A stretch of DNA of 64,000 nt from a virus, in the IMG/VR virus record IMGVR_UViG_3300027708_000024; one strand, 5' to 3'. Positions 47,749 through 56,158 of this stretch are shown piece by piece; within the stretch, counting starts at the first letter, position 1; every line of letters begins with the position of its first letter. The notes below the pieces were generated by a model. It was not told where the DNA came from. It made no database searches and saw only the letters and a list, made by a program, of their open reading frames with translations. A program made the position numbers and the translations under genes.

Positions 47749-47930
47749 TTTCTGTTGAGTTGATAAACAAACGGAAATAAACGATCCGTCTCCCTAGTGG
47801 AGTTTAGCAAGGGTTTGGTGTGGTAATGACTTCGGCACCATGTAACAGTCAGTTCCTTGTTAGTTTTCGATCAGATGGTAGGTAACTACCCAATGGTTGT
47901 AGGTGACGATGGGCTTTATAGGAACCTTCA
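47749..47930 (+). ncRNA. Candidate structured ncRNA 1
   Basis: Nested helices with a 5-bp pseudoknot and a GNRA hairpin; no credible ORF; first product of the 47718 promoter. Confidence 0.5.
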
Positions 47931-47939
47931 AGAGTTTAT

Positions 47940-48014
47940 GCACCGTTCGTCTATCGGTTAGGACACTGCCCTTTCACGGCGGTAAGAGGAGTTCGATTCT
48001 CCTACGGTGTACCA
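47940..48014 (+). tRNA. tRNA-Glu(TTC)
   Basis: GCACCGT/ACGGTGT; CTGCC-CTTTCAC-GGCGG; CCA. Confidence 0.92.
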
Positions 48015-48017
48015 TAT

Positions 48018-48246
48018 TGAAACACATTACTAAGAGTCCAGGTTCAGAGCGTGGCATAGTGTGTTTCACTATGTTAGACTTGAGTTGTGGCAAGTATAGT
48101 CCACAAACAGGAGTGTAACCTGATGAATACAGAACATAAGTATTCAACGTGATGAGCCATTTTTGACCGTGGGATTTAGGCAAGAAACACATAATAAAAC
48201 GGCAGACGTAAAACACGACTACAATCGTCTAGGTAGTCAATTTTTT
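48018..48246 (+). ncRNA. Candidate structured ncRNA 2
   Basis: 12-bp hairpin, four further stems and a 3' H-type pseudoknot followed by a T tract. Confidence 0.5.
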
Positions 48247-48266
48247 AACTGATAATGGAGATACAC

Positions 48267-48455
48267 ATGAGTAAAGTTTACTTGGGTCGTTTCAATCAGT
48301 ATAAAGTCGGTACTAGAACTGCTACTGGCATGAAAGAAGCAAAGTTCTATCAACGTGGTTATAAATTACTTAGTGGTAAAGAATACAAGATCAAAAAATT
48401 AAATAAGATTGTGCAAGTATGGCACGATATCGATGAAGGTTTTATTGTAGTATAA
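48267..48455 (+). CDS. Small basic hypothetical protein
   Basis: SD GGAG, ATG at 48267. Confidence 0.6.
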   Translation: MSKVYLGRFNQYKVGTRTATGMKEAKFYQRGYKLLSGKEYKIKKLNKIVQVWHDIDEGFIVV

Positions 48456-48462
48456 AGTCTAT

Positions 48463-48538
48463 TGCCTTGTAGCTCAGTCGGTAGAGCAGGTGACTGTTAA
48501 TCACCCTGTCGTTGGTTCGATCCCAACCTCTGGAGCCA
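48463..48538 (+). tRNA. tRNA-Asn(GTT) with mismatched acceptor stem (possible pseudogene or chimera)
   Basis: Canonical D, anticodon (GGTGA-CTGTTAA-TCACC) and T arms, G73, CCA; acceptor TGCCTTG vs CTCTGGA forms only 3 of 7 pairs. Confidence 0.75.
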
Positions 48539-48577
48539 CTTTTAAGTTTACAGTGTACTAGTTTTAAGTTTACAATT

Positions 48578-48652
48578 CTCGGTGTGGTGTAATTGGCAGC
48601 ACCACGGTCTCCAAAACCGTTAGTTGCGGTTCAAATCCGTACACCGAGGCCA
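48578..48652 (+). tRNA. tRNA-Trp(CCA)
   Basis: CTCGGTG/CACCGAG; ACGGT-CTCCAAA-ACCGT; CCA. Confidence 0.92.
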
Positions 48653-48660
48653 AGTTTATT

Positions 48661-48734
48661 GCGGGATTAGTTTAATGGTAAAACTAGAGATTTCCAATCT
48701 TTCGTCATCAGTTCGATTCTGATATCCCGCTCCA
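48661..48734 (+). tRNA. tRNA-Gly(TCC)
   Basis: GCGGGAT/ATCCCGC; AGAGA-TTTCCAA-TCTTT; U73; CCA. Confidence 0.92.
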
Positions 48735-48751
48735 TCAATTTAAGGAATGTT

Positions 48752-48991
48752 ATGCGACCATTGAATGATAATATTATAGTTGAACGAATTGAAAAAGAGA
48801 ATGTTACTAGTTCTGGTATTCTTTTGAAATCTAGTGATGAAGCAGACAAAGCAAAAGTTACTGCTATTGGATCTGATGTTGTTGATGTCAATATTGATGA
48901 TATTCTATTGATCAATTGGAACAAAGCAAGAAAAATCTCTGACAACATCTATCAAGTAAACATTGAAGATGTTATTGGTGTATTTGAATAG
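48752..48991 (+). CDS. groES: Co-chaperonin GroES (Cpn10)
   Basis: MRPLNDNIIV...TSSGILL...AKVTAIG. Confidence 0.85.
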   Translation: MRPLNDNIIVERIEKENVTSSGILLKSSDEADKAKVTAIGSDVVDVNIDDILLINWNKARKISDNIYQVNIEDVIGVFE

Positions 48992-49012
48992 ATACTGTAA
49001 GGTCTAGTAAAT

Positions 49013-49087
49013 CTGCCCGTAGTTAAATGGATATAACACTAGCCTTCTAAGCTTGCGTTCCAGGTTCGATTCCTGGCGGGCGGACCA
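49013..49087 (+). tRNA. tRNA-Arg(TCT)
   Basis: CTGCCCG/CGGGCGG; CTAGC-CTTCTAA-GCTTG; CCA. Confidence 0.9.
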
Positions 49088-49129
49088 AATATTAAAGTGC
49101 ATAAATATATACTTTAAAGGACAGTCATA

Positions 49130-49435
49130 ATGAACTACTTAAAAGCAGTATTTTTGGCTGTACTATGCACATTCTATGCAGTATCCTACGCCGCAGCACC
49201 TATTCCTTTCGATTTTGAAAAACCAGTAAAGTGCGCCAAGACGGTGGAATTACTTGAGTATTTTGAAAGTGAATATGGTGAAACAGTAAAGTGGTTAGCA
49301 AAAGATGGATCGTCAGATTCATATTTCGCAGTTTTGATGAATGATAACAAACTCACATGGACTATCATGCAGTTTGACACCGAAGTTGCTTGTGTACTAG
49401 GTACTGGAAAACAAGTAAAATTAACTCATCTATAA
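49130..49435 (+). CDS. Secreted/periplasmic hypothetical protein
   Basis: N-terminal signal peptide (VSYA-A); Cys pair; CATAAATA late promoter at 49100-49107. Confidence 0.7.
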   Translation: MNYLKAVFLAVLCTFYAVSYAAAPIPFDFEKPVKCAKTVELLEYFESEYGETVKWLAKDGSSDSYFAVLMNDNKLTWTIMQFDTEVACVLGTGKQVKLTHL

Positions 49436-49441
49436 ATCAAT

Positions 49442-49516
49442 CGCAGGATAGCGCAGCGGTAGAGCACCGGACTCATAATCCGGAGGTCGAAGGTTCGATT
49501 CCTTCTCCTGCAACCA
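49442..49516 (+). tRNA. tRNA-Met(CAT), initiator-like
   Basis: C1:A72 mismatch, G2-C71, C3-G70, A73; CCGGA-CTCATAA-TCCGG; CCA. Confidence 0.88.
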
Positions 49517-49538
49517 TCACATTCTCACCAAAAAATAC

Positions 49539-49567
49539 TTGCAACCTGCAATGGGTTGTGTTATAAT
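49539..49567 (+). promoter_or_regulatory. Sigma70-type promoter for the DNA polymerase operon
   Basis: TTGCAA-17-TATAAT with TG extension. Confidence 0.75.
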
Positions 49568-49597
49568 TATTGAACTTGAGATTATTTAGGAGACATC

Positions 49598-49909
49598 ATG
49601 ATTTTGATATTTAAATTGACAACCGGAGAAGAAGTTCTCGGTGAAATGGTTAATGCCACATTGGGTGATTTTTATTATTCGATTAAAAATCCAGTCGCCG
49701 TTGCAGTTGTTCGTGGTAAAGATGGACAACCTAATGTAGGATTTGCTCCATTCCCAATACACTCAGAACAGAAAAAAGATTTCACTATTGACATTCCTAG
49801 AGAGCATGTAGTATACTCATATACTCCTGCTGAAGATTTTATTAATAATTACAATCAAATCTTTGGTTCTGGTATCGTGCTTCCATCTAAACAACTGATA
49901 ACTGGTTAA
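49598..49909 (+). CDS. Conserved Sm-like hypothetical protein upstream of gp43
   Basis: IFKLTTGEEVLG...YNQIFGSGIVLP. Confidence 0.75.
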   Translation: MILIFKLTTGEEVLGEMVNATLGDFYYSIKNPVAVAVVRGKDGQPNVGFAPFPIHSEQKKDFTIDIPREHVVYSYTPAEDFINNYNQIFGSGIVLPSKQLITG

Positions 49910-52437
49910 TGTCAAACTTCTATACGAATGTTCAAACTTCAGGTAACTATATTCTATATCGTGGTATTCTTGACGGTAAACGTGTCAAACAACGTATAGA
50001 ATATTTTCCTACATTATATGTGCCTTCTAAGAAGGTCACAAAATTCACTTCTCTGCAAGGTGAATATCTTGATGAAATCAAGCCTGGTGGTCTAAGAGAC
50101 GCAAGAGAGTTTATTAAAAGTTACGAACACGTTGATAATTTTCGTATCTTTGGAAACACCAGACATGAGTATTCTTTCATCGCTGATCAACACACTACCG
50201 ATGTTGATTGGGATCAATCACTAATTCTAACAGCAATCATTGATATCGAGGTTGGATCAGAAAATGGATTCCCGCATCCAGAAACTGCATCTGAACCAAT
50301 TACTGCAATCTGTCTCAAATACGTTGGTGGTATAACTTATGTTTTTGGTTGTGGTGATTACAAAGTACAAGGTAAAGAAATCTATGTACAATGTAGAGAT
50401 GAAGCAACACTCATCAAACGGTTTATAAAAGTATGGACAGAAAACTATCCAGATATCATCAGTGGTTGGAACATTAAGTTCTTTGACTTTCCATATATCA
50501 TTAATCGGATTCGTAAAGTTCTAGGTGAAGATGATGCAAAAAAACTTTCACCATGGAACTATATTGGCACACGCAAAGCAATTCTGATGGGTAAAGAACA
50601 CACCGTTTATGATATGAATGGTGTTGCAATGTTAGACTACATCGAACTATATCGTAAATATGCTCCTGGTGGTGCATCACAAGATTCATACAAGTTGGAT
50701 AATATTGCATCTGTAGAGATTGGTCAGAATAAAATTTCTTATGATGAATATGATTCATTGTATGACTTGTACAAACTAAACTATCAAAAGTTTATTGAGT
50801 ACAACATCAAAGACGTTGAGTTGATTGAGAAGTTGGATGATAAACTGAAATTGTTTGAGTTGGCACTAACTCTTGCCTATGATAGTAAAACTAATTTTGA
50901 TGATGTGTTTGCACAAGTTCGTATGTGGGACGTTTTGATTTACAATCACTTGCGTGAGCGTGACATTATTATTCCACCATCAGGTAACAATCGTAAAGAC
51001 GAAGCATATGAAGGTGCATATGTCAAAGACCCACAAGTTGGAATGCACAAGTGGGTAGCATCGTTTGACTTGAATAGTCTGTACCCACATTTGATTATGC
51101 AGTACAATATAAGTCCTGAGACTTTAATTGAACCAGAAAACTACACAGACACACACAGAGACATTTTGGCACAAGGTGTTGATGTAGATGCATTGTTGAA
51201 AAACAAAGTTGATCTAAGTCAATTATCTGCATCTACCATCACACCTAATGGTCAATTCTTCAGAACAGACATTCAAGGTTTTCTTCCTGCAATGATGGAG
51301 AAGATGTATGAAGATCGAAAAGTCTACAAGAAGAAATCAATCGATGCAAAGAAAGCACTTGAGTTGGAATCAGATCCAACTAAACGATATGAAATTGAAA
51401 AGCGTGTTGCTCGGTATAATAACTTGCAACTTGCAAAAAAAGTTTGTTTGAACTCTGCTTATGGTGCTCTTGGTAATCAATTCTTCAGATTCTTTGATGT
51501 ACGACAAGCAGCAGGTATTACATTATCTGGTCAGTTATCTATCCGTTGGATTGAAAACAAGTTAAATGACTACATGAATAAACTGTTAGGTACAAATGAC
51601 GATTATGTCATTGCATCTGATACCGATTCGATCTACTTGAAACTTGGTCCACTCATTGATAAATTTGTAAAAAATAAAGATGCAAAACAAACAGTCGAAG
51701 TGATGGATAGAATTTGTGAAGAAAAGATTCAACCATTTATCGATAAGTCATATGAAGAACTAGCATCGTATGTTCATGCATCTTCTCAGAAGATGCAAAT
51801 GAAACGTGAAGCACTTGCAGACAAAGGTATCTGGACTGCAAAGAAACGTTATATTCTCAATGTCTATAACAACGAAGGTGTGCAATATGCAACACCACAA
51901 AAGAAAGTCATGGGTCTTGAAATGGTGAAGTCATCAACACCCGCAGCAATTCGTGAGAAGATGGGTCAATCGATTGATATTATGATGAATGGAACTGAAG
52001 ATGAATTACATGAATTCATCGATAAATTCCGTGATGAGTTTAGATCGTTACCACCTGAAGAAATTTCTTTCCCACGTGGAGTAAATGGCATAACGCAATA
52101 TAGTGACAAGTCTGCATTATATAAGAAAGGCACACCAATGCATGTTAAGGGTGCAATACTATATAATCACTATCTGAAAGAAAAAGGATTAACAAAGAAG
52201 TATCCAGAAATTAATGAAGGTGAGAAAATCAAGTTCGCCTATCTAAAGCAGCCAAATCCATTTCAATCAGAAACCGTAATTGGTTTCCCTGTCAGACTTC
52301 CAAAAGAATTTGAATTGGAAGATTATATTGATTATGAAACACAATTTGAGAAAGCATTCATTGATCCAATTACTGTTGTTTTAAACTGTATGGGTTGGAG
52401 TGCAGAACGTAAGAATTCAATATTCGATTTATTCTAA
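49909..52437 (+). CDS. gp43: Family B DNA polymerase
   Basis: DIEV exonuclease; SFDLNSLYP; KVCLNSAYG; SDTDS; KKRY; no intein or intron. Confidence 0.97.
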   Translation: MSNFYTNVQTSGNYILYRGILDGKRVKQRIEYFPTLYVPSKKVTKFTSLQGEYLDEIKPGGLRDAREFIKSYEHVDNFRIFGNTRHEYSFIADQHTTDVDWDQSLILTAIIDIEVGSENGFPHPETASEPITAICLKYVGGITYVFGCGDYKVQGKEIYVQCRDEATLIKRFIKVWTENYPDIISGWNIKFFDFPYIINRIRKVLGEDDAKKLSPWNYIGTRKAILMGKEHTVYDMNGVAMLDYIELYRKYAPGGASQDSYKLDNIASVEIGQNKISYDEYDSLYDLYKLNYQKFIEYNIKDVELIEKLDDKLKLFELALTLAYDSKTNFDDVFAQVRMWDVLIYNHLRERDIIIPPSGNNRKDEAYEGAYVKDPQVGMHKWVASFDLNSLYPHLIMQYNISPETLIEPENYTDTHRDILAQGVDVDALLKNKVDLSQLSASTITPNGQFFRTDIQGFLPAMMEKMYEDRKVYKKKSIDAKKALELESDPTKRYEIEKRVARYNNLQLAKKVCLNSAYGALGNQFFRFFDVRQAAGITLSGQLSIRWIENKLNDYMNKLLGTNDDYVIASDTDSIYLKLGPLIDKFVKNKDAKQTVEVMDRICEEKIQPFIDKSYEELASYVHASSQKMQMKREALADKGIWTAKKRYILNVYNNEGVQYATPQKKVMGLEMVKSSTPAAIREKMGQSIDIMMNGTEDELHEFIDKFRDEFRSLPPEEISFPRGVNGITQYSDKSALYKKGTPMHVKGAILYNHYLKEKGLTKKYPEINEGEKIKFAYLKQPNPFQSETVIGFPVRLPKEFELEDYIDYETQFEKAFIDPITVVLNCMGWSAERKNSIFDLF

Positions 52438-53423
52438 TGATATACTTAACATTCCTTTCGGCATTCTTGTTATCAAGCATTGCTGCATATTATTCTGTAA
52501 TTGGATTAGCATCAATATTTGTTGGTGCTTTTTGGCCTGTTGTTGTCATGGGTTCTAGTTTAGAATTTGCTAAAGTTATTACGACCTCATGGTTATATCG
52601 AAACTGGAAAACTATACCAATTTTACTAAAAACATATTTGACGCTTGCCGTTGTAGTATTGATGTTTATCACCTCGATGGGTATTTTTGGTTACCTATCA
52701 AAATCTCATTTAGAGCAATCGACTATGATTGGTCCTATTGCAGATAAAGTAATGCTATATGATGAGAAGATTAGAACAGTGAAGGAGAATATAGATGCAA
52801 ACAAGTTGGCACTTAAACAGCTTGATGCGGCTGTGGATCAAGTCATGGTACGAACAGAAGATGCGAAAGGAGCAGAGCGGTCGGTTCAAATCCGCAAAAC
52901 CCAACAGAAAGAGCGCATACAACTTACTGATGAAATTGCGAGGCAACAAAAAGAAATTACCAAACTCACGGATGAAAAGGCGCCACTTGCGAATGAGCTC
53001 CGCAAGGCTGAATCGGATTTCGGCCCGATTAAATATGTTGCCGAATTAATCTATGGTAGTTCAGATAGAGATATTATTGATAAAGCAGTTCGTGTGGTAA
53101 TTATTTTGATTATGCTTGTGTTTGATCCTCTTGCCGTGTTATTATTGATAGCAGGAAATATGTCATTGAAGGAACAAAAATCTGAGAAACCGTCATCTGT
53201 ACCAAAGAAAACAGAAGTCAATTTAGATATACCGGTATTTGTTCCAAAAGAAAAAGCAAAAGAAACTGATGAAGTCTCAACAAAAATTGAAGTGGAAAAA
53301 GAAAATCTCATAATGATAGATGAAGCGTCAGGAGAAACAATTCCTCCTATAACTAAATCAAAGTATGATGATGATGCATTATCATTTCGTGAGAAACCTC
53401 ATCTTGATGGTGGTAAATTTTAA
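52437..53423 (+). CDS. Membrane protein with coiled coil, ending LDGGKF
   Basis: Three N-terminal TM segments, coiled coil, TM IIILIMLVFDPLAVLLLIAG. Confidence 0.8.
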   Translation: MIYLTFLSAFLLSSIAAYYSVIGLASIFVGAFWPVVVMGSSLEFAKVITTSWLYRNWKTIPILLKTYLTLAVVVLMFITSMGIFGYLSKSHLEQSTMIGPIADKVMLYDEKIRTVKENIDANKLALKQLDAAVDQVMVRTEDAKGAERSVQIRKTQQKERIQLTDEIARQQKEITKLTDEKAPLANELRKAESDFGPIKYVAELIYGSSDRDIIDKAVRVVIILIMLVFDPLAVLLLIAGNMSLKEQKSEKPSSVPKKTEVNLDIPVFVPKEKAKETDEVSTKIEVEKENLIMIDEASGETIPPITKSKYDDDALSFREKPHLDGGKF

Positions 53424-53432
53424 AGGAAAACT

Positions 53433-54503
53433 ATGAGCGTACTTGACAAAATCAAAAAGAACAGTAGCATCAAAGAGTCTGCTGTTCTATCAAAATCTAA
53501 ATTCTTCTTAGAAAAAGATTTTATTCCTACTGCAATTCCAGCAATAAATATTGCATTGAGTGGAAGAATAGATGGTGGCCTAACGCCTGGTCTTACCATG
53601 TGGGCAGGTCCATCAAAACATTTTAAAACTGCCTTCAGTCTACTGATGGCAAAATCTTATTTGGACAAATACAAAGATGCTGCTCTATTATTTTACGATA
53701 GCGAGTTTGGGACTCCTCAATCTTATTTCGATTCATTCGGTATTGATACCGATCGTGTGCTCCATACCCCTCTTACTGATATCGAACAGTTGAAATTTGA
53801 TATCATGCAACAAATCACCAGTTTAGATAGAGATGATAAAATTATAATTGTTATTGATTCTATTGGTAACTTAGCATCGAAGAAAGAAGTTGATGATGCA
53901 CTTGAAGGTAAATCTGTTGCTGATATGAGCCGTGCAAAACAAGTAAAATCATTGTTCAGAATGGTCACACCTCATTTGACAATGAAAGATATTCCAATGA
54001 TTGTTGTCAATCATACCTATAAAGAAATTGGTTTATATCCTAAAGATATCGTTGGTGGTGGTACAGGTTCGTACTATTCCGCAGATAACATTTTTATTCT
54101 TGGTCGTCAACAAGAAAAAGAAGGAACAGAAGTTGTTGGATATAATTTTATAATTAATGTAGAAAAAAGTCGATATGTTAAAGAGAAATCTAAAATCCCT
54201 ATCACTGTATCTTTTGATGGTGGTATTAGTAAGTGGTCTGGTCTCCTTGATATTGCTCTTGAGTCCAAACATGTTGTTAAACCATCCAATGGTTGGTATT
54301 CACGGGTAGATGTTGAAACAGGTGAAATTGAAGATAAGAAATTTAGAATTAAAGATACCGACACAAAAGAATTCTGGTTACCTATCTTAGAAAAAAAATC
54401 ATTCAAAGATTATGTTGAAAGTAGATATAGTATTGCAAATGGAAATATTATGCAAGAAGATATAGATGACGCATTTTCTGTAGAAACTATGAATGGAGCA
54501 TAA
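53433..54503 (+). CDS. uvsX: RecA-like recombinase UvsX
   Basis: GPSKHFKT; YDSEFG; IDSIGNLAS; VNHTY; GGGTG. Confidence 0.96.
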   Translation: MSVLDKIKKNSSIKESAVLSKSKFFLEKDFIPTAIPAINIALSGRIDGGLTPGLTMWAGPSKHFKTAFSLLMAKSYLDKYKDAALLFYDSEFGTPQSYFDSFGIDTDRVLHTPLTDIEQLKFDIMQQITSLDRDDKIIIVIDSIGNLASKKEVDDALEGKSVADMSRAKQVKSLFRMVTPHLTMKDIPMIVVNHTYKEIGLYPKDIVGGGTGSYYSADNIFILGRQQEKEGTEVVGYNFIINVEKSRYVKEKSKIPITVSFDGGISKWSGLLDIALESKHVVKPSNGWYSRVDVETGEIEDKKFRIKDTDTKEFWLPILEKKSFKDYVESRYSIANGNIMQEDIDDAFSVETMNGA

Positions 54504-54504
54504 A

Positions 54505-54828
54505 ATGATCGAAGGTATTGATTATTGTTTTATTTACCCAAAAGGAAATGAAACCGATGTACATATCAAATTACTAAAAGGACAATATACCGACACCACT
54601 TTTAAATACGGTAAAGTAAAATTTAAAGAAGAAAGTGATGGTGTTCATTTACTTTTTGCTTACGATGTGTTAGAATCTACAGTTGATAAACCAAAAAAAT
54701 TAGAGAAGGATAAGGCCTTCAAAAATTATCTTGGTGATTTTCTTGTAGAACTCATGTCGGGAAACTTAGAACAGGATATTATTGATGAATCTGGAAACGA
54801 CGATACTGAAAAATTTGATTTACAATGA
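54505..54828 (+). CDS. Hypothetical protein at the gp40 position
   Basis: Between uvsX and gp41; SD GGAG. Confidence 0.65.
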   Translation: MIEGIDYCFIYPKGNETDVHIKLLKGQYTDTTFKYGKVKFKEESDGVHLLFAYDVLESTVDKPKKLEKDKAFKNYLGDFLVELMSGNLEQDIIDESGNDDTEKFDLQ

Positions 54829-56158
54829 AGAATATTTAAGAAAAGTTTTACCATTTCTAAAGTCTGAATACTTCACTAATCGAATTGAGAAATTAATTTA
54901 TAATGAGATTTCATCATTCGCAACAAATTACAATACTTCACCAACGACTGAATCACTCGGTATTGCCATCAGAGAAAAGAACAATATCTCGGCTGAAGAA
55001 GTTGAGAAGTGCGAAACTTATATCAAAGAAATTGAGGCATCTAAGGAAACGCAGACCAAGATGGAATGGCTTATTGATAAGTCAGAGTTGTTCTGCCAAG
55101 AGAAAGCAATTTACAATGCTGTATTGGGGTCTATTTCTATTCTCGATGGAAAAGACAAAACTCACGAGAAAGGTGCGATTCCCAAGATACTATCGGATGC
55201 CTTAGCAGTAAGTTTTGACAACTCAATTGGCCATGATTATCTAGATGACTCAGATAGTCGATTTGAATTCTATCATCGTGTTGAACAACGCATTCCTTTT
55301 GATCTAGACTATTTCAACAAGATAACTAAAGGTGGTCTACCTAAGAAAACACTAAACATTGCACTTGCGGGTACTGGTGTAGGTAAGTCCTTGTTTATGT
55401 GCCATGTTGCTGCTGGTTGTATGACACAAGGTAAAAATGTGTTATATATAACATTAGAGATGGCAGAAGAAAAGATTGCAGAACGTATTGATGCCAATCT
55501 ATTGAATGTTACAGTTGATGAATTATCTGAGTTGCCAAAAGACTTATATGATAAAAAAGTAAATAAAGTAAAACAGATGACTACGGGTAAACTTATTATC
55601 AAAGAATACCCAACTGCATCTGCTTCTTCAATTCACTTCAGGACACTATTAAATGAATTACATCTCAAACGTAATTTCGTACCTGACATTATCTTTATTG
55701 ACTATCTCAATATTTGTTGCTCAGCTCGTATTAAGGCTGGCGCAAATGTTAATTCCTATACCTACGTTAAAGCAATCGCTGAAGAACTCAGAGGATTGGC
55801 TGTGGAATTTGGTGTTCCTATTGTTTCTGCTACTCAAACCACAAGGAGCGGTTTCACAAGCAGCGACCCCGGCCTCGAGGACACAAGTGAATCGTTTGGA
55901 CTCCCAGCAACTGCCGATCTCATGTTCGCTCTTATCTCATCTGAGGAACTCGAAGCACTTGGTCAAATAATGGTGAAACAATTAAAGAATCGATATTCTG
56001 ACCCGACATTACATAAAAGATTTGTTCTAGGTATTGACAGATCAAAGATGAGACTGTATGATGTTGAACAACAAGCACAAAATGGTATTGTCGATTCAGG
56101 TAAACCACAAGTTGATAATAAATTCAAAAAGAAATCATTTGACGATATTAAAGTATGA
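54785..56158 (+). CDS. gp41: Replicative DnaB-like helicase
   Basis: AGTGVGKS; YITLEM; FIDYLNI; SESFGLPATAD; KQLKNRY. Confidence 0.96.
   Translation: MNLETTILKNLIYNEEYLRKVLPFLKSEYFTNRIEKLIYNEISSFATNYNTSPTTESLGIAIREKNNISAEEVEKCETYIKEIEASKETQTKMEWLIDKSELFCQEKAIYNAVLGSISILDGKDKTHEKGAIPKILSDALAVSFDNSIGHDYLDDSDSRFEFYHRVEQRIPFDLDYFNKITKGGLPKKTLNIALAGTGVGKSLFMCHVAAGCMTQGKNVLYITLEMAEEKIAERIDANLLNVTVDELSELPKDLYDKKVNKVKQMTTGKLIIKEYPTASASSIHFRTLLNELHLKRNFVPDIIFIDYLNICCSARIKAGANVNSYTYVKAIAEELRGLAVEFGVPIVSATQTTRSGFTSSDPGLEDTSESFGLPATADLMFALISSEELEALGQIMVKQLKNRYSDPTLHKRFVLGIDRSKMRLYDVEQQAQNGIVDSGKPQVDNKFKKKSFDDIKV

Noticed and set aside
48120-48190. Hammerhead ribozyme (CTGATGA at 48120; TGATGA-GCC...GGC-AAGAAAC)
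   Set aside because: The first core has no GAAA after its stem; the second has G in place of C3, an AA insertion and no stem I that I could form
47387-48216. ORF-track ORFs 47387-47740, 47903-48118 and 47974-48216
   Set aside because: They run through tRNA genes and structured RNA and lack an SD; chance ORFs
47749-48246. tmRNA or RNase P RNA
   Set aside because: No tRNA-Ala-like ends with T-arm and CCA, and no GAGGAAAGTCC-type RNase P core
47401-49516. Stop-codon recoding or suppressor tRNAs
   Set aside because: TAA, TGA and TAG all terminate genes, core genes are intact in the standard code, and no CTA/TCA/TTA anticodon is present
18454-56158. Introns or inteins in gp17, gp46, gp43, uvsX, gp41
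   Set aside because: All are continuous and of normal length, with no intein or homing-endonuclease motifs
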